11,653 nt of DNA from an uncultured Oligoflexus sp. GTDB lineage: Bacteria > Bdellovibrionota_B > Oligoflexia > Oligoflexales > Oligoflexaceae. The stretch is from the NCBI GenBank assembly GCA_964236955.1, contig CAXSGP010000129.1:1-11653 (forward strand). Reading direction: 5' to 3'. This document shows positions 7,771 to 11,653 of this stretch, in pieces. Below the pieces are notes generated by a model. It saw only the letters and a program-made list of their open reading frames with translations. It made no database searches and was not told the origin of the DNA. The position numbers were made by a program, and so were the translations under genes. Numbering within the stretch: position 1 is the stretch's first letter; each line of letters opens with the position of its first letter.

Positions 7771-7795
7771 ATTGAGAATAAATTTCAATATCAAT
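7771..7795. promoter_or_regulatory. Fur-box-like element overlapping the putative bfd promoter
   Basis: The minus strand of 7774-7792 reads GATATTGAAATTTATTCTC, 14/19 to the consensus GATAATGATAATCATTATC. ATTGAGAATAAATTTCAAT (7771-7789) is a 9-1-9 inverted repeat with 7/9 pairs. It overlaps a minus-strand TTGAAA-N18-TATAAA. Confidence 0.7.
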
Positions 7796-7949
7796 TAAAT
7801 ATCGAAAATGACTGACATTTCCAATTGTGATGCTTTCGAAACCCGATCGAGAGCTATGGAATGGGACGAGGAGAAGGGGGGGGCACCTCAGACGCGCGTT
7901 TTCAGACCCGACTGGAGCTGGCCAGCTGACTGACCAGCAACCCTCCCGT

Positions 7950-9908
7950 TCAACTGGGAGAGCCATCAAAATCAGGCGCGTATATCGGCCCTATCTTATC
8001 TAAGCTTTGACCGCTGCGGCCAAAGAAACTTACAATATGTCGCCCCGAGGGTGCCTCAAATGTCACTGTGTTCGGGGTGCGCTTGCCAAGTTCCAGGATT
8101 CTGCCGAGACTGGTAACGAGCTTGATAAAAAAAACTTGAACCTTGCCCCCGTCACTGCCCAAACCGACTGTCATCGTTCTGAGATATTCGTCCAAGCCAA
8201 GCTCCAGTGTAAGCTCTTTGCCGGTGCCTCCTCCTTTAATCCAACTCCATCCTTCTGCATAGGTGCAGCCGATAGATCTGACTCGCGTATCACCGCGCAG
8301 GCGAATGCTGCTGAGGCGCGAGGATTTTTTGAGCCGTTCGAGTCCATCAAAGGAATCCCCGCCCTGACCACCGGCCTCAAAGCCTTTGCCAAAAAGCCGT
8401 TCTTCCGCGGGGGCCAATGCCGGAGAATAAGGTTTATCGTTGCTAGGCCCAGTATTCTCATCTGTGAAATAGTTGGCACCACTGCGAATATTCAAGGCCC
8501 TGGCACATCGCTCATCACGGGCCTGCTCCTGGTGATCCACATACCAAAATTCACAGTTAGCACTTTCCCGCTTGAAATCAACCAGGCCGTAGCCATGGGA
8601 CTCGCTTTCAAAATAACGAGTCAATGGGTTAAACGCCTTCACCGCCGTTTCAAATGTACCTTTAACAAGACCAGCCAGGAACGAGTGGAGACTTTCATCA
8701 AGATTGCCCCGCGTTATGCTGGTCGGCAAAAATTCGACACCGGTTTTTTTGCCGTCGATTTCCAGATTGCAGGCATAAGAAAAGTGCGCATCGCCACTGA
8801 CCACAATTGTATTTTGTATCCCTTCGTCAGCCAGGAAGCGAAGCAGACGTTCCCGATCCTTTGGAAATCCCTCCCATGCATCGAGCGACAGGGGTTTACC
8901 GAAAGCCCTAAATGGTGAGAGCAGCACTTGATTGACGACGAGTGTCCACTGCGAGGTCGATGCTTTAAGCTCGTCCTTTAGCCAGGAAAATTGCTCTTCT
9001 CCTAGGATCGAGGGATATAAGGTCCCAGGAATCATTTGCCCGCGACCGATATGTCTCGTATCAAGCAGTATAACTTTGAGGAGGCCGCCAAAATCCAGAC
9101 TTCGATAAATTTTATCGGTTTGCGGCACCGACCGGATAGGAATCCATTCCATAAAAGCCTGGATGGCACTTTCGCGAGGGGCAGCCGTGCAGATATCGTG
9201 GTTATCCCAGACAACAGCCCAAGGGTGCTGCTGATGGGCGGCACGCAGGTGGGGATCAAGTCGATAGTAGCGATAGCGCTGACGATGCTCGCTGAGGCTA
9301 GCGGGTTCCTTCTGATTGATGGTACGAAAGGAAAGGTTTCTCAACTCATCCTTATCAGGGGCATCGTATATATAATCGCCACAATGGACGATCAAATCGA
9401 GATCGGAACGCCTGGAAAGCAATTCATAGGCATTGAAATAACCTGACCAGATACTGGAACACGAGACCACGGCGATGCGTAGGTTTTCGCTGCTTAGAGG
9501 AGCAGTTTTGGTCCGGCCCACAGGTGACCAGTAGCCATGCGCCCGAAAGCGGTAGTAGTATGTGGTATCCGGTTTGGGGAGTATGACGTCAACTTTTAGG
9601 GTAAAGTCGTTAGCGTCCATTGCAAAGTTTTCACCCAAGGAGACGACTTCGATAAATAACGGGTCAAGTGAAACCTGCCATTCCACTGAAACAAGTTCAA
9701 AGCCCTGATTTTCAACATGAGTCCACAAAATAACCCGATCGGACAGCGGATCACCGGAGGCGACGCCATAGGCGAAAACTTCGCTTAGGTCCTCCAGCTC
9801 CTTGCGCTTGGCGGGAAGTGCTGCTGCCTGAGCCTTTGTCGATTGGCCCAAAAATACACTACAAAGGCCCGATCCTGCTCCGAAGAGTTGACGACGCGAT
9901 AAGCTCAT
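7950..9908 (-). CDS. phoD: PhoD-family alkaline phosphatase with Tat signal and C-terminal jacalin-like domain
   Basis: Probable start is ATG 9908 (MSLSRRQLFG, twin-Arg). Motifs FAYGVASGDP, GRTKTAP, SCS, HCGDYIYD, WDNHD, LDTR, DAWEGF, SGDAH and HGY. The C-terminal region has GGQGGDSFD ... IVSFFGRSGQSLDKIG. Confidence 0.9.
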   Translation of the reverse strand: MSLSRRQLFGAGSGLCSVFLGQSTKAQAAALPAKRKELEDLSEVFAYGVASGDPLSDRVILWTHVENQGFELVSVEWQVSLDPLFIEVVSLGENFAMDANDFTLKVDVILPKPDTTYYYRFRAHGYWSPVGRTKTAPLSSENLRIAVVSCSSIWSGYFNAYELLSRRSDLDLIVHCGDYIYDAPDKDELRNLSFRTINQKEPASLSEHRQRYRYYRLDPHLRAAHQQHPWAVVWDNHDICTAAPRESAIQAFMEWIPIRSVPQTDKIYRSLDFGGLLKVILLDTRHIGRGQMIPGTLYPSILGEEQFSWLKDELKASTSQWTLVVNQVLLSPFRAFGKPLSLDAWEGFPKDRERLLRFLADEGIQNTIVVSGDAHFSYACNLEIDGKKTGVEFLPTSITRGNLDESLHSFLAGLVKGTFETAVKAFNPLTRYFESESHGYGLVDFKRESANCEFWYVDHQEQARDERCARALNIRSGANYFTDENTGPSNDKPYSPALAPAEERLFGKGFEAGGQGGDSFDGLERLKKSSRLSSIRLRGDTRVRSIGCTYAEGWSWIKGGGTGKELTLELGLDEYLRTMTVGLGSDGGKVQVFFIKLVTSLGRILELGKRTPNTVTFEAPSGRHIVSFFGRSGQSLDKIGPIYAPDFDGSPS

Positions 9909-10514
9909 AGGCACCGGCTTTAGATTAATTTTTAACTTGAAATAACCTAATAAACTTACATCACTCTCGCACAAATGCGGACTAATTAAATAAAGAGTCG
10001 GCAGGGATTCGATTAAAATAAATGAAAGTCATGCGAATTTGCGCTTGCGGTGACGCTTGGGCAAAGTTTGATGCGGCTTCGTCGCCGATGATCAGTCGTT
10101 TTCACTCAATCTTTTACGAAGAAAAAGTCGTTCACCTTCAAGATTGAGATTTGGGAATTTCTCAAGACCCTTCAGCAGCTGCAGGGGAAAGCCTCGATAG
10201 TTGGCGCTGTCAGGGTGGAGTGGGCGATGGTTGAGCGGGGCTTGGATAGTCTCACATTCCGATACGAAAGATCACTTATAATCTTGCCCTTCACTTCCAA
10301 TAGATATTTCAAGAAAATTAAGCCAGTGTTCAAAAATTATGCCCAATCCACTCCAATTATATGGATTTAGAAATAAATTTTTCCAAGCTTAATAATTCAA
10401 GAAGATTGAAGATTTCAACAATGCCCGAGCTTTTTGCTAAATCATTGTTAATTATAAGAATATTAAGCCGAATAAGAATTCATCTTCATAAATGTTACCG
10501 AGCAGGACAAAGAT

Positions 10515-11653
10515 ATGCATATGCTGATAAGAAAGATCCTATCGACAGCATTTATATGCCTTTTTTTAACGGCCTGTAATGATTTACAGGTCATTTCAAG
10601 CCAAGTACACATTCCTAAGCTAGCAAGCTATACGCCGCTGCTTTGCAAGCCAAAAGAAAAAATTCTGCTTTCAGGGCAGAATTTCAATAACACACTCAGA
10701 GGCCAGTACGATGCTAAAAAAATAGACGTCATAGTCGAATCTCAAGTCAAAGCTTACCTTATTCTCCCCGACGAAATCGTTGCAGGAGAAAATGAGATAA
10801 AGCTGCTCTCTAATGAGAAAATTTTCGGCACCGTTCGTATTTTTGTCACTGATGATTCCGCTGCCCTGCCTGTTTCTGATCTGCCGGCAAAGAATGTGTG
10901 TGATGACGTGGTCTTTACGGATAATACGGGTAACGTTCAGAACGGTACGCGGGATTGCTCAAGGCCGAAAGATTGTTCTTTCGACGGAGATTCCGGCTGC
11001 TTTGTGGGCGCTTCGTTTGTGGCAGCAGCAGTGAGCGGTGCGGCTTCTAAGATTGTTCTGGGCCAGACTTTAGGAGGAATAGCAGGCAGTGCCATTGGAG
11101 CGGGGCCAGCTAACTGCAGTTCAGATGGGGAGATTAATTGCATCGCGGTTAACAATTTTCCGGCTGTCAATAAACTTACGAAGCTTTTAGGGAGCAATAT
11201 CAGAAATGGTATAGTTATTGCTGGAGTTACTGGGGATTATCCTTCTGCAACCAACCCTCTAGCTCATTCAACGAGCGCCACAAATTTGCCTGCCTTCGGT
11301 TCAACAACTGGAGGTTCGACTTATCAGTGGTTTGCTTCCGATGGAACTCGCCTAAGCGGCACCATAGAAGCGAACGCCACGCTAGCTTCGACTTCGTCAA
11401 ATCAAGTCCTTAGTACCGGCCATTACCGTCAAGTAACTATTTCAGGTGACACTAACCTTTCCGCTTTGAATATAAAAAGTGGGATAAACATCCTTGGTGT
11501 TGTCGGTACTTTCACGGGCGCCACTTCAAACTGCTCTGCAGACGGACAAACCGGTTGCCTCGCGGTCACTAACTTTCCCGCTGTCGATAAACTCACAACA
11601 CTCTCAGCATCCAATGCTGGAAAAATTCGATCCTCTCTTACGATTGCCGGGGT
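10515..11653 (+). CDS. Large repeat-containing lipoprotein, 5' part (3'-truncated; absent from the ORF track)
   Basis: RBS AGGA (10504-10507), ATG 10515, and no stop in 379 codons to the edge. MHMLIRKILSTAFICLFLTA-C21 lipobox, a possible IPT/TIG-like N-terminal region, and repeated CSxDGxxxC and (N/K)IxxGxxIxGVxG motifs. Confidence 0.88.
   Translation, partial: MHMLIRKILSTAFICLFLTACNDLQVISSQVHIPKLASYTPLLCKPKEKILLSGQNFNNTLRGQYDAKKIDVIVESQVKAYLILPDEIVAGENEIKLLSNEKIFGTVRIFVTDDSAALPVSDLPAKNVCDDVVFTDNTGNVQNGTRDCSRPKDCSFDGDSGCFVGASFVAAAVSGAASKIVLGQTLGGIAGSAIGAGPANCSSDGEINCIAVNNFPAVNKLTKLLGSNIRNGIVIAGVTGDYPSATNPLAHSTSATNLPAFGSTTGGSTYQWFASDGTRLSGTIEANATLASTSSNQVLSTGHYRQVTISGDTNLSALNIKSGINILGVVGTFTGATSNCSADGQTGCLAVTNFPAVDKLTTLSASNAGKIRSSLTIAG
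10974..11653 (+). repeat. Internal protein repeats of the lipoprotein
   Basis: CSFDGDSGC at 10974, CSSDGEINC at 11115 and CSADGQTGC at 11532. Units 2 and 3 align as NCSSDGEINCIAVNNFPAVNKLTKL / NCSADGQTGCLAVTNFPAVDKLTTL (17/25 identical). Confidence 0.85.

Noticed and set aside
8007..9446. 303-aa and 136-aa plus-strand ORFs
   Set aside because: Antisense shadows of phoD with no motifs.
9925..9960. Pho box upstream of phoD (TAAC-like repeats)
   Set aside because: Repeat spacing is 9-10 nt rather than 11, and the matches are weak in AT-rich DNA.
9909..9974. Longer phoD start given by the ORF track
   Set aside because: The extra 22 codons are AT-rich and promoter-like. ATG 9908 puts the twin-Arg motif at the usual N-terminal position.
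10022..10147. 41-codon ORF MKVMRICACGDAW...
   Set aside because: No RBS or recognisable motif; the length is compatible with chance.
10561..10567. T7 run in the lipoprotein signal peptide as a phase-variation tract (likewise A8 at 8127-8134 in phoD)
   Set aside because: The runs are short, in frame, and explained by Leu/Phe codons.
10361..11614. Short track ORFs at 10361, 10813, 10937 and 11429
   Set aside because: They overlap the long lipoprotein frame starting at 10515, which has an RBS, a lipobox and coherent repeats.
1..11653. CRISPR array, IS element, prophage or defence system
   Set aside because: No regularly spaced DNA repeats, transposase, terminal inverted repeats or phage gene cluster were seen.

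Overview
Bacterial chromosomal window of roughly 50% GC. The gene content and lipoprotein style are reminiscent of Bdellovibrionota/Oligoflexia, which is inference only. In order it holds: the 3' part of carB (truncated at the left edge); an elongator tRNA-Met(CAT) with promoter and terminator; a small membrane protein; a membrane fatty-acid desaturase divergent from a FabR/DesT-type TetR regulator, with a clear operator palindrome between them; a hypothetical lipoprotein; an NAD(P)-dependent succinate-semialdehyde dehydrogenase; bacterioferritin; a 59-aa Bfd ferredoxin; a Tat-exported PhoD phosphatase with a C-terminal jacalin-like domain; and the 5' part of a large Cys/Gly-repeat lipoprotein running off the right edge. 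The ORF track misses two genes: bfd (7525-7704, minus) and the repeat lipoprotein (10515 to the edge, plus). The most unusual observations are the convergent, 3'-overlapping bfr/bfd pair with a Fur-like box upstream of bfd, the PhoD-jacalin fusion, the fibre-like repeat lipoprotein, and a QxxHH third His box in an otherwise delta-9-like desaturase. No mobile element or CRISPR array is seen.
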